Shown piece after piece: positions 9,106 to 15,879 of a DNA stretch of 34,282 bases (the first letter of the stretch is position 1; each line of letters begins with the position of its first letter). The translations under genes and the position numbers were made by a program. The notes below the pieces were generated by a model. The model searched no databases, had not been told where the DNA came from, and worked only from the letters and a program-made list of their open reading frames with translations. The DNA is from a virus, in the IMG/VR virus record IMGVR_UViG_3300045988_088004. One strand, 5' to 3'.

Positions 9106-9415
9106 GAAAGTAGAATATGACGGCTATACCTTCGACAGCATCAGAGAAAAGAATTACTATATAAAATTAAAACTTCTAGAGAAAGCAGGAAAAATAAAAG
9201 AACTGGAGCTACAAAAAGAGTACGAACTCCAGCCAAGTTTTAAGCTAAACAATAAAACAAGCCGAAAAATAACGTATAGAGCCGATTTTACGTACAAAAC
9301 AACCGAAGACGATAAATTACACGTTGTAGATGTAAAAGGCTTTAGGACGGACGTATATAGGCTGAAAAAGAAGCTATTCGAATATAAATATAGAATTGAA
9401 ATAGAGGAGATATAA
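9083..9415 (+). CDS. DUF1064-family protein (RecU/resolvase-like fold)
   Basis: KYHNKKVEYDGYTFDSIREKNYYIKLKLLEKAGKIKELELQKEYEL matches the DUF1064 N-terminal pattern (Y..KK...DG..FDS..E...Y..L). Confidence 0.6.
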   Translation: MVRKYHNKKVEYDGYTFDSIREKNYYIKLKLLEKAGKIKELELQKEYELQPSFKLNNKTSRKITYRADFTYKTTEDDKLHVVDVKGFRTDVYRLKKKLFEYKYRIEIEEI

Positions 9416-9416
9416 A

Positions 9417-9767
9417 ATGAAGAAATTAGAAACTATCGAAAATGAAGTTAAAAAAATTTTAGAAAAAGAGCCAGTAGCAAGAAAAGACGATATGTACTTA
9501 TATTTTATTTACTGTACTAAATATGGAGTGTTAAATAGTAAAGCATTCGTACAACTTTTTTATAACAAAAGCTTTAGAAAAGAGTACAATATACCAGTAT
9601 TCGAAAGTGTATCCAGAGCCAGAAGAAAACTACAGCAGGAATACGAATATCTTAGACCAGAACAAAAGGTACAAGATGCGAGAACAAACAAAGAGGGAGA
9701 CTATATCAGATATGCTATAAACGATAGCAGAAACTCAAACTTTAAAAAGTTAATAAATCAGGACTAA
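9417..9767 (+). CDS. Hypothetical protein
   Basis: RBS ggagatataaaATG, 116 aa. Its stop lies inside junction motif copy 9762-9785. Confidence 0.55.
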   Translation: MKKLETIENEVKKILEKEPVARKDDMYLYFIYCTKYGVLNSKAFVQLFYNKSFRKEYNIPVFESVSRARRKLQQEYEYLRPEQKVQDARTNKEGDYIRYAINDSRNSNFKKLINQD

Positions 9768-9785
9768 AAGGTTTCAAATAGAAAA
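9762..9785 (+). repeat. Junction motif copy gactaaaaggtttcaaatagaaaa
   Basis: The 17-nt core gactaaaaggtttcaaa is identical at 10853 and 13046. It contains the upstream TAA stop and runs to the next ATG. Confidence 0.8.
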
Positions 9786-10039
9786 TGAATAAAGCAGAAA
9801 AAGAAGTATATCAGAAGACTATAGAGCTATATAACGGACGCTGTGCTATTTGTGGTAATAATCAGATCCAGATGCATCATATAAGATACGGAGGACTACA
9901 GGGAGGAAGAAAAACGTATATAGGAAACGTAATACCGCTATGTAAGAAGCACCACGACTTAGTTCATACTAACAAAAAGAAATATATGCCAGAACTAATA
10001 AAAATGATAGATAAAAAGTTACAAATAGAAAATAAATAA
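9785..10039 (+). CDS. Small HNH/zinc-ribbon-like protein
   Basis: CAICGN...MHHIRY...CKKHHDLVH is a Cys/His pattern of a minimal HNH-type fold. No obvious SD sequence; it starts directly after the junction motif. Confidence 0.45.
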   Translation: MNKAEKEVYQKTIELYNGRCAICGNNQIQMHHIRYGGLQGGRKTYIGNVIPLCKKHHDLVHTNKKKYMPELIKMIDKKLQIENK

Positions 10040-10047
10040 TAAACAAA

Positions 10048-10078
10048 GTTTCTAAATAATAATAAAATATGATATAAT
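10048..10078 (+). promoter_or_regulatory. Candidate promoter with extended -10 (TGaTATAAT) for the replication genes
   Basis: TG at 10070-10071 and TATAAT at 10073-10078. A motif-like aaagtttctaaat occupies the -35 region. Confidence 0.45.
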
Positions 10079-10108
10079 GATAGCAAGCTAGGAAGATAGG
10101 AGAAGGAT

Positions 10109-10858
10109 ATGAAAGAAAGTAAAGTAAAAGACGAAAACTACATAAATATACAGGGCTGGATGGTAACTAAACTAGGGCTAAAAGGAAACGAGTTACTAAT
10201 ATACGCAATAATCTACGGTTTTTCTCAGACAGAAGATCAAACATTCAACGGATCGTTACAATACCTAGCAGACTGGACTAATTCAACTAAGCAGGGAGTA
10301 ACTAAGAACTTAAAAGCACTAGTAGAAAAGGGATATATAATAAAAGAGGATAAATATATAAATAACGTAAAATTTTGTGAATACTATGCAACAAAGTTTA
10401 ATACGGTATACAACTCAGTTGCACAGGGTATGCAACAAAGTTTAACAGGGTATACAACAAAGTTTAATACCCCTATGCAACAAAGTTTAACTAATAATAT
10501 AAATGATAATATAGATAATAAACTAGATAATATTATAGAATTAAAAGATAATGTACCGTATCAGGAAATAGTAAACTACTTAAATAACTCAGCAGGTACT
10601 AACTATAGAGCTTCTAGTAAGAAAACTAGAGAACTAATAAAAGCCAGAATAAACGAAGGATATACACTAGAAGACTTTAGAGTAGTAATAGAGAAGAAAA
10701 CTAGAGACTGGATCAACGATAATAAAATGAAGGGATATCTAAGACCAGAAACACTATTCGGATCAAAGTTCGAAGGATATCTAAATCAGCCAGTAAAAGA
10801 GCTAACTACTAAAGATCTAACACCATATACAGACTTTAGTGAGTTTTATACGGACTAA
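10109..10858 (+). CDS. Replication initiator/organizer (N-terminal wHTH, C-terminal conserved phage domain, DnaD-like)
   Basis: The C-terminus YQEIVNYLN...TNYRASSKKTRELIKARINEGYTLEDFRVVIEKKTRDW...YLRPETLFGSKFEGYLNQ matches the 'phage conserved hypothetical C-terminal domain' found on replication proteins. Iterons lie inside the gene. Confidence 0.75.
   Translation: MKESKVKDENYINIQGWMVTKLGLKGNELLIYAIIYGFSQTEDQTFNGSLQYLADWTNSTKQGVTKNLKALVEKGYIIKEDKYINNVKFCEYYATKFNTVYNSVAQGMQQSLTGYTTKFNTPMQQSLTNNINDNIDNKLDNIIELKDNVPYQEIVNYLNNSAGTNYRASSKKTRELIKARINEGYTLEDFRVVIEKKTRDWINDNKMKGYLRPETLFGSKFEGYLNQPVKELTTKDLTPYTDFSEFYTD
10389..10491 (+). repeat. Four direct CAACAAAGTTTAA(T/C) iterons, candidate origin of replication
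   Basis: Copies at 10389, 10433, 10455 and 10478 (spacing 44/22/23 nt), each within a ~22-nt unit gggtat(a/g)caacaaagtttaa. An AT-rich stretch follows at 10492-10560. Confidence 0.6.
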
Positions 10859-10880
10859 AAGGTTTCAAAAAGAAAAGAAA
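10853..10880 (+). repeat. Junction motif copy gactaaaaggtttcaaaaagaaaagaaa
   Basis: 24 nt identical to copy 13046. tttcaaaaagaaaagaaa is identical to 29872-29889. Confidence 0.8.
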
Positions 10881-10898
10881 GTTAGGAGAAAAGAAAAT

Positions 10899-11117
10899 AT
10901 GAACGTAAAAGAAAACGACCTAATAGAAGTAGAGTATCCAATAGGAGAAAAAAAGCAAAAAGAAGTACTACAGGTAATAAAAAACTTCAATAACGAATTA
11001 TACGTAAATACATACGTAGGTAAATATAAGCTAGAAGACTTTAGTAAAAGAGATATAAAAATACTATCAGTACTATCATACGAAGTTTTTAATAAAGAAA
11101 AAGAGGTAATAAAGTAA
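10899..11117 (+). CDS. Hypothetical protein (72 aa)
   Basis: RBS taggaga precedes ATG 10899. The track start 10839 would read through the junction motif and overlap the upstream gene. Confidence 0.5.
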   Translation: MNVKENDLIEVEYPIGEKKQKEVLQVIKNFNNELYVNTYVGKYKLEDFSKRDIKILSVLSYEVFNKEKEVIK

Positions 11118-11557
11118 TGAGAATAGAAGAACTAGTAAAAGGACTAAACTTTTTAGGACTAGCATACGGAAAAGAATACAGCCAGTTAGAAGCTCAGCAA
11201 GTTTACGAGTTCATAAAGGAGTATGACTACGAGACATTTATCAGAGCGACTAAGGACATTATAAGAACTTCGAAGTTCTTACCAAGAATAGCGGATCTTA
11301 TAGAAGCCTGCAACAACCAAAAAGAAGCTAAAAAGGTAGAAGTAATAGAGTATATGAATGAATGCGGATATTTTTATCTATCATATAGACCAGAACATAA
11401 ACTAGACGAAGCACACGCTAGAAGAAATTATTTAAAAGCCAAAATGTTTATAGAAAAAGGGATAATTCCTGACTGGTTTCAAAAAGATATAAATTATTAC
11501 TATAATAAGATGCAAAATGCACAACTAGAAACAAAAACAAATAAATTATTAAGCTAG
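11117..11557 (+). CDS. Possible helicase-loader/inhibitor (G39P-like) replication accessory protein
   Basis: The N-terminal pattern ...AYGKEYSQLEAQQVYEFIKEYDYETFIRATKDIIRTSKFLPRIADLIEAC resembles the G39P family. Follows the replication initiator. Confidence 0.4.
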   Translation: MRIEELVKGLNFLGLAYGKEYSQLEAQQVYEFIKEYDYETFIRATKDIIRTSKFLPRIADLIEACNNQKEAKKVEVIEYMNECGYFYLSYRPEHKLDEAHARRNYLKAKMFIEKGIIPDWFQKDINYYYNKMQNAQLETKTNKLLS

Positions 11558-11580
11558 ATATCATTCTAGCTTTTTGTTTT
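11552..11580 (+). terminator. Rho-independent terminator at the end of the early operon
   Basis: The stem is agctaga/tctagct with a 6-nt loop, followed by tttttgtttt. The stop codon lies in the stem. Confidence 0.65.
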
Positions 11581-11678
11581 CAAATAGAAAAAATAAATAA
11601 AAAAATAAGTACTAAAAGAAAATATGGATCATATAATGTAATGAGAAGGGCGGTGATAAAAAAACTTCTTCCATACAT
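11580..11678 (-). CDS. Candidate 32-aa hydrophobic peptide (type I toxin-like)
   Basis: Minus-strand GGAAGGAG (11691-11684) lies 5 nt before ATG 11678. Product is MYGRSFFITALLITLYDPYFLLVLIFLFIFSI. A minus-strand TATAAT sits at 11723-11718. It could also be a chance ORF in A-rich DNA. Confidence 0.3.
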   Translation of the reverse strand: MYGRSFFITALLITLYDPYFLLVLIFLFIFSI

Positions 11679-11723
11679 AAAAACTCCTTCCAGACATTCT
11701 TTATAAACCCACCACTAATTATA

Positions 11724-11750
11724 GGCTAGGACTTTTTTCCTAGTCTTTTT
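11724..11750 (+). terminator. Rho-independent terminator
   Basis: The stem is ggctagga/tcctagtc with loop cttttt, followed by ttttt. Confidence 0.6.
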
Positions 11751-11751
11751 A

Positions 11752-11774
11752 CTTTACAAATAGAAAATAAAAAG
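11752..11774 (+). repeat. Junction motif copy ctttacaaatagaaaataaaaag
   Basis: 19 nt identical to 6073-6091. Confidence 0.7.
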
Positions 11775-11796
11775 TGTAAATATTTTCATTTAGTTA

Positions 11797-11825
11797 TTGA
11801 CTATATAGGTAATATATGGTAAATT
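11797..11825 (+). promoter_or_regulatory. Promoter TTGACT-17-TAAATT with TG extension
   Basis: TTGACT at 11797-11802, TGg at 11817-11819 and TAAATT at 11820-11825. Upstream of the AbrB-like ORF. Confidence 0.6.
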
Positions 11826-11880
11826 TAAGATGATAAAGGAGGCAAAAAGAATATGAAAATAACAGAAAGTAGGTGATAAC

Positions 11881-12048
11881 TTGAAACTGGTACAACAAAA
11901 ATACTATACAGCGTCAGGAGAAGCAAAAGTAAACTGCTATAAATTAGCGATATCAAAAAAGCACCTAGAAGAAGCAGGAATAAACGAGAAAGACGATCTA
12001 GAAGCATACGTAGAAAAAAATAAAATAATAATTAGAAAGAAAAAGTAA
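11881..12048 (+). CDS. AbrB/SpoVT-like small DNA-binding protein (55 aa)
   Basis: TTG start 5 nt after aggtga. KVNCYKLAISKKHLEEAGINEKDDLEAYVEKNKIIIRKK fits the looped-hinge-helix pattern. Not in the ORF track because it is under 60 aa. Confidence 0.45.
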   Translation: MKLVQQKYYTASGEAKVNCYKLAISKKHLEEAGINEKDDLEAYVEKNKIIIRKKK

Positions 12049-12063
12049 AATAGGAGAAAGATT

Positions 12064-12366
12064 ATGATAGACGAAAAATATAGTAAAGATAATACACACG
12101 TAATAAACTCTTATATGCTAACTTCAAGAAATGGTATAAAAAAAGAAGTGGAATGGATCATAGAAGCACGCAAATTAAGAGAATATCCAGTAACACGCTC
12201 AGTAAATAGTTATATAAGAGAATGGAGAGGGCATAATCGACTTTATAAATTAGGGCTATATAAGAGCCATACAAAAGACGTAGACTTAGAAGAATATATA
12301 AAAGCTAAGGATAAGATATTAGGTATCTTTAAGGCTATTATATGGTTTATATTAGGAGGGATATAG
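12064..12366 (+). CDS. Hypothetical protein with C-terminal TM segment
   Basis: RBS taggaga, 100-aa ORF. Confidence 0.55.
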   Translation: MIDEKYSKDNTHVINSYMLTSRNGIKKEVEWIIEARKLREYPVTRSVNSYIREWRGHNRLYKLGLYKSHTKDVDLEEYIKAKDKILGIFKAIIWFILGGI

Positions 12367-12367
12367 A

Positions 12368-12547
12368 GTGACTGAAAGAGAACTAATAGTAAAGTTTTTA
12401 CTAGATAAGACGCCAGTAGTATTAGATATAGATAATCAGGTCTTAAAATACGATAGGTACAATATATATTACAGGATATATAAATATATAAAAGAACTTG
12501 AAGAAGAAATAAATAAAAATAAAGGAGATGTTAAGAATGAAAATTAA
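12368..12547 (+). CDS. Small ORF (59 aa), hypothetical
   Basis: GTG start after aggaggg. It fills the gap between flanking genes. Low confidence. Confidence 0.3.
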   Translation: MTERELIVKFLLDKTPVVLDIDNQVLKYDRYNIYYRIYKYIKELEEEINKNKGDVKNEN

Positions 12548-12941
12548 AGTAATAGATTTATTAAATAAAATAGCAAATGATGAAGAAGTACCTAAAAAAA
12601 TAAAAATAAAAAATGTTATATATGAATATAGAGGTTATATGTATTGTACTGAAAAAGCAAATTATCAAGATATAGAAGATTATTTATTTGGAAAATGGAA
12701 TTTTAATATATTAAATGACTATGCAGAAATAATCGAAGAACCAAAGAAGATAGAAAAATTAGATGTTGCATTATTAGGACAATGTGATAATTGGTTAAGA
12801 TGTCCTACAAATAAAGTAACAAAACAAGATGTAGAATTAAATCCATATATTATAGATAATATAAGAGAAAATACATTATATTTTCAAAGAAAAATAAATG
12901 AACTAATAGATGAAATTAACAAATTAAAGGAGAAAAAATAA
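12537..12941 (+). CDS. Hypothetical protein (MKIKVIDLLNKIANDEEVPKKIK...)
   Basis: RBS aaaggag lies 8 nt before ATG 12537. Lower-GC codon style than the flanking genes. Confidence 0.55.
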   Translation: MKIKVIDLLNKIANDEEVPKKIKIKNVIYEYRGYMYCTEKANYQDIEDYLFGKWNFNILNDYAEIIEEPKKIEKLDVALLGQCDNWLRCPTNKVTKQDVELNPYIIDNIRENTLYFQRKINELIDEINKLKEKK

Positions 12942-13045
12942 AGAAGCTAAGGAAGTGATAAAGAGTGATAGGTAAGATAATAGGACTAATAATCATAGCA
13001 ATTTTAGTATTATTTATATATTGCTGTTTAGTAATTAGTAAAGAC

Positions 13046-13074
13046 GACTAAAAGGTTTCAAAAAGAAAATAAAG
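13046..13074 (+). repeat. Junction motif copy gactaaaaggtttcaaaaagaaaataaag
   Basis: Read directly. It contains the TAA of a 28-aa TM mini-ORF (12965-13051). Confidence 0.8.
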
Positions 13075-13084
13075 AGGTGATATA

Positions 13085-13507
13085 TTGCTATACGAAGAAT
13101 ACGAGGAGTATAAAAGTAGATATTATGAAGCACAAAGAATATATAACGATATTTTAAATGAAAAAGAAGAATTATTCGCAAAGACACAGCCTAAAGCAAC
13201 TCAGATAACTGGAGAAAAAACAACAGGAGGTAAACACGAAAATTTATTTGACGAGTATCTGATCCAGAAAGAAAGAAAAAACATAGATAAGAGACTAGAA
13301 GAAGCAAAGTCTATCCTAGACGATAGAGAAAGGCTTTTAAAACTAAAGGAGCTAGAAGTAAGAGCCAGCACGCATAGCCACGACAAAATATATAGATGCA
13401 GATATATAGATAGGTTCACAATAGAACGAACAGCTAGATTATCAAACTATAGCAGATCTCAGGTATTTAATATATTAAAAGAAATCAGGGAACATTTAAA
13501 AAAATGA
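13085..13507 (+). CDS. Putative late-gene transcriptional regulator with sigma-70 region-4-like HTH
   Basis: TTG start after agaggtga. The C-terminus IYRCRYIDRFTIERTARLSNYSRSQVFNILKEIREHL resembles a region-4 HTH, as in DUF1492/RinA-type phage activators. Lies upstream of the late operon. Confidence 0.45.
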   Translation: MLYEEYEEYKSRYYEAQRIYNDILNEKEELFAKTQPKATQITGEKTTGGKHENLFDEYLIQKERKNIDKRLEEAKSILDDRERLLKLKELEVRASTHSHDKIYRCRYIDRFTIERTARLSNYSRSQVFNILKEIREHLKK

Positions 13508-13525
13508 AAAAGGAGAAATGAGAAT

Positions 13526-13999
13526 ATGGATAAAGAAGAAATAGTATATTGGAAATGGAAAAACACTATAATAGACTTTGATGCTATAAGTAATGAAACA
13601 ATTGATTATAATGGATATGTTACTAAAAAAGATTATATATTTTATTATTTAGGTACACCAGACAGACAAATTCATGAATGGTACAATGGAGGTTTTTCTT
13701 CAGAATACAATAGTGCTTTAATATATGCTAGACAATTAGGGCTTGTAGAGAATTATGTTGATTATGAAAATAAAATATGCGAATTAGAACAACAAGTCAG
13801 AGAGCAAAAAGAAGTAATTGATAGAAAAAAATATTTATTAGCAGAACAAGGTGCAGAATTAAAAAAAATATATAGTGAAATAGACAAATTGCAAGGAAGA
13901 ATAGATAAAGCAGTAAAATATTTAGAAGCACCTAATAGAGATAGTTTTGATTATAGTAAAGCAAGAATTTTAGATATATTAAATGAGGTGTCAGAATGA
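13526..13999 (+). CDS. Hypothetical coiled-coil protein, island paralog set
   Basis: RBS aaaggaga. Shares LEQQVREQKEVIDRK with 14322-14621. The C-terminus ...ILDILNEVSE resembles its neighbours. Confidence 0.55.
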   Translation: MDKEEIVYWKWKNTIIDFDAISNETIDYNGYVTKKDYIFYYLGTPDRQIHEWYNGGFSSEYNSALIYARQLGLVENYVDYENKICELEQQVREQKEVIDRKKYLLAEQGAELKKIYSEIDKLQGRIDKAVKYLEAPNRDSFDYSKARILDILNEVSE

Positions 14000-14325
14000 A
14001 TATTTTAGAAGAATTAAAATTATCTAAAAAACAAAATAACAATAAAAGGTATGATTATTTATGTAAACAATTTAATGTTGTTAACTATGCTATGAAATTA
14101 GAAAAATACACTATTAAATTACAACAAGAAAACAAACAATTAGATGAGGCTATAACAATTTATGATATACTTGTAAAATCAAATATTGAAGAAAATATAA
14201 GATTACGAAAAATAATTACTAGAGTTCTGAAGTATATTGATAGTCAGACCTGCAATATGCCAAGAAATGGTTGTTCTCAAAGATTATCAAGAATAAAAAA
14301 AATGCTAAAAGAGGCGTCAGAATGA
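13996..14325 (+). CDS. Hypothetical coiled-coil protein, island paralog set
   Basis: ATGA overlap with the upstream gene. QQENKQL motif; ends ...MLKEASE. Confidence 0.55.
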   Translation: MNILEELKLSKKQNNNKRYDYLCKQFNVVNYAMKLEKYTIKLQQENKQLDEAITIYDILVKSNIEENIRLRKIITRVLKYIDSQTCNMPRNGCSQRLSRIKKMLKEASE

Positions 14326-14621
14326 ATATGGAGAAAGAATTAGAAAATTTATTAGATAATTATGAAAATGTAATTTATGGACAAGTATTTACGATAACCC
14401 CATCAATACATCAATTACATTTACTACTAGATTATATTGCAAATTTAGAACAACAATGTAAAAAACAAAAAGAAGTTATTGATAAAGTAGCAGAAAAAAT
14501 AAAGGATTATAAAATTTATTGTGAAAAAAATAAAGGATTTACTGAATACACTGACATTGAAATAGAAGCGATAGAGCCAGTAATAAGTAAATTAGAAGAT
14601 ATATTACAAGAGGAGAAATAA
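14322..14621 (+). CDS. Hypothetical coiled-coil protein, island paralog set
   Basis: ATGA overlap. The junction gaggcgtcagaATGAatat is nearly identical to the 13996 junction. LEQQCKKQKEVIDK motif. Confidence 0.55.
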   Translation: MNMEKELENLLDNYENVIYGQVFTITPSIHQLHLLLDYIANLEQQCKKQKEVIDKVAEKIKDYKIYCEKNKGFTEYTDIEIEAIEPVISKLEDILQEEK

Positions 14622-14625
14622 GAAT

Positions 14626-15063
14626 ATGAAAAAAATTATAAAGTGTTTACTAGATAAATTTATAAAGAACTCAGAAATATATAAAGATGCAGTAGAAGAA
14701 GCGGAAAGCTATGATATTGAATGTGGTAAAAAGCAGAGAAGAATAGAAAAATTACAGAGTGATTTAAAATTTAAAGAAAAAGAAAAACAGGAATTAGTAT
14801 TAAGTGGCCAAACTGTCATTGAAGAAAAAACAGAAACAATTAAGAACTTGAAAGTAGAGATAGAAAGACTAGAGACTAAGCTTAAAGAAAAAGAAGCTGA
14901 AAGAAGAAAAGCTGTTAGTTCAATTGGAGGTTTAAAAACAAAAATAGTAAATAGAGATAAAAAAATTAAAAAATTAGAAGATACAAATGATTTCTTAAGA
15001 AATCATAGGAGAGCACCTAATTTAGAAGAACTTAAAGATTATCAATTAAGGAGAAAAAAATGA
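14626..15063 (+). CDS. Hypothetical K/E-rich coiled-coil protein
   Basis: RBS gaggaga, 145 aa. Confidence 0.55.
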   Translation: MKKIIKCLLDKFIKNSEIYKDAVEEAESYDIECGKKQRRIEKLQSDLKFKEKEKQELVLSGQTVIEEKTETIKNLKVEIERLETKLKEKEAERRKAVSSIGGLKTKIVNRDKKIKKLEDTNDFLRNHRRAPNLEELKDYQLRRKK

Positions 15064-15191
15064 GAAAATTCATAATTATAATAGTTGAATCAATGTTGTT
15101 AATCTTACTAGCAATATATAGCATATTTTCAACAATGATTTTAGAAGATTATAAAGATCAATTGATAAACGATTGTGTTTGTAGGAGGTAA
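15060..15191 (+). CDS. Small membrane ORF (43 aa)
   Basis: ATGA overlap. TM segment FIIIIVESMLLILLAIYSIF. Confidence 0.35.
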   Translation: MRKFIIIIVESMLLILLAIYSIFSTMILEDYKDQLINDCVCRR

Positions 15192-15194
15192 TAA

Positions 15195-15512
15195 ATGAAT
15201 ATAGAAGAATTAGCATTTAAAAACTATTACGAATTGATAAATATACAAAAAATAGATTTATTGTTGATAATAGAATTTTTGCAAAAAGATAGAAAACAAT
15301 GGATTGATCAGTTTACACAAACACATAATGAAAGTGTTGAAATTCAAAAAGAAAATAAACAACTAAAAGAAGAAAAAAGAAAAGTAAGAGATTATATAAA
15401 TAAGCATTGTGTAAATGAAAAAATATCAAAAGAAGTAGGATATAAATGTTATACAATGGCAGATACAAACGAATTAGAAAAAATAATGAAAATATTAGGA
15501 GATGATAAATAA
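15195..15512 (+). CDS. Hypothetical coiled-coil protein, island paralog set
   Basis: RBS taggagg. Motifs MNIEEL... and QKENKQLKEE; ends ...IMKILGDDK. Confidence 0.55.
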   Translation: MNIEELAFKNYYELINIQKIDLLLIIEFLQKDRKQWIDQFTQTHNESVEIQKENKQLKEEKRKVRDYINKHCVNEKISKEVGYKCYTMADTNELEKIMKILGDDK

Positions 15513-15582
15513 TGAATATAGACTTTGAAACAATTATGAAAAAGCAAATGGAACAAATGGAATATAAGGTGGGTGAGTAAAA

Positions 15583-15819
15583 ATGAATAAATATCATTTA
15601 GTAGTTTATTTTTCTGATAAAATAAATTTTGAAACTTATATAGACAGCCAATTAGATATAAAAAAATTTACAGATAAACTAAGAGAAAAATTTAATACAA
15701 AAGATAATATATTTATAAATTTTATAGGTGATGATATTAAATATTGTGTTAATAAAAATAATGTATTGTTTTATACAATTGAATTAACACAAAAAGGCAT
15801 AACAGAGGTTGGTGATTAA
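15583..15819 (+). CDS. Hypothetical protein (78 aa)
   Basis: RBS ggtgggtgag precedes the ATG. Last sizeable ORF of the island. Confidence 0.5.
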   Translation: MNKYHLVVYFSDKINFETYIDSQLDIKKFTDKLREKFNTKDNIFINFIGDDIKYCVNKNNVLFYTIELTQKGITEVGD

Positions 15820-15879
15820 ATGATAAATGAAGAACTACAAGAAAAGTTGTTAAGAAATTGTATAAAAATATTGGACTAA

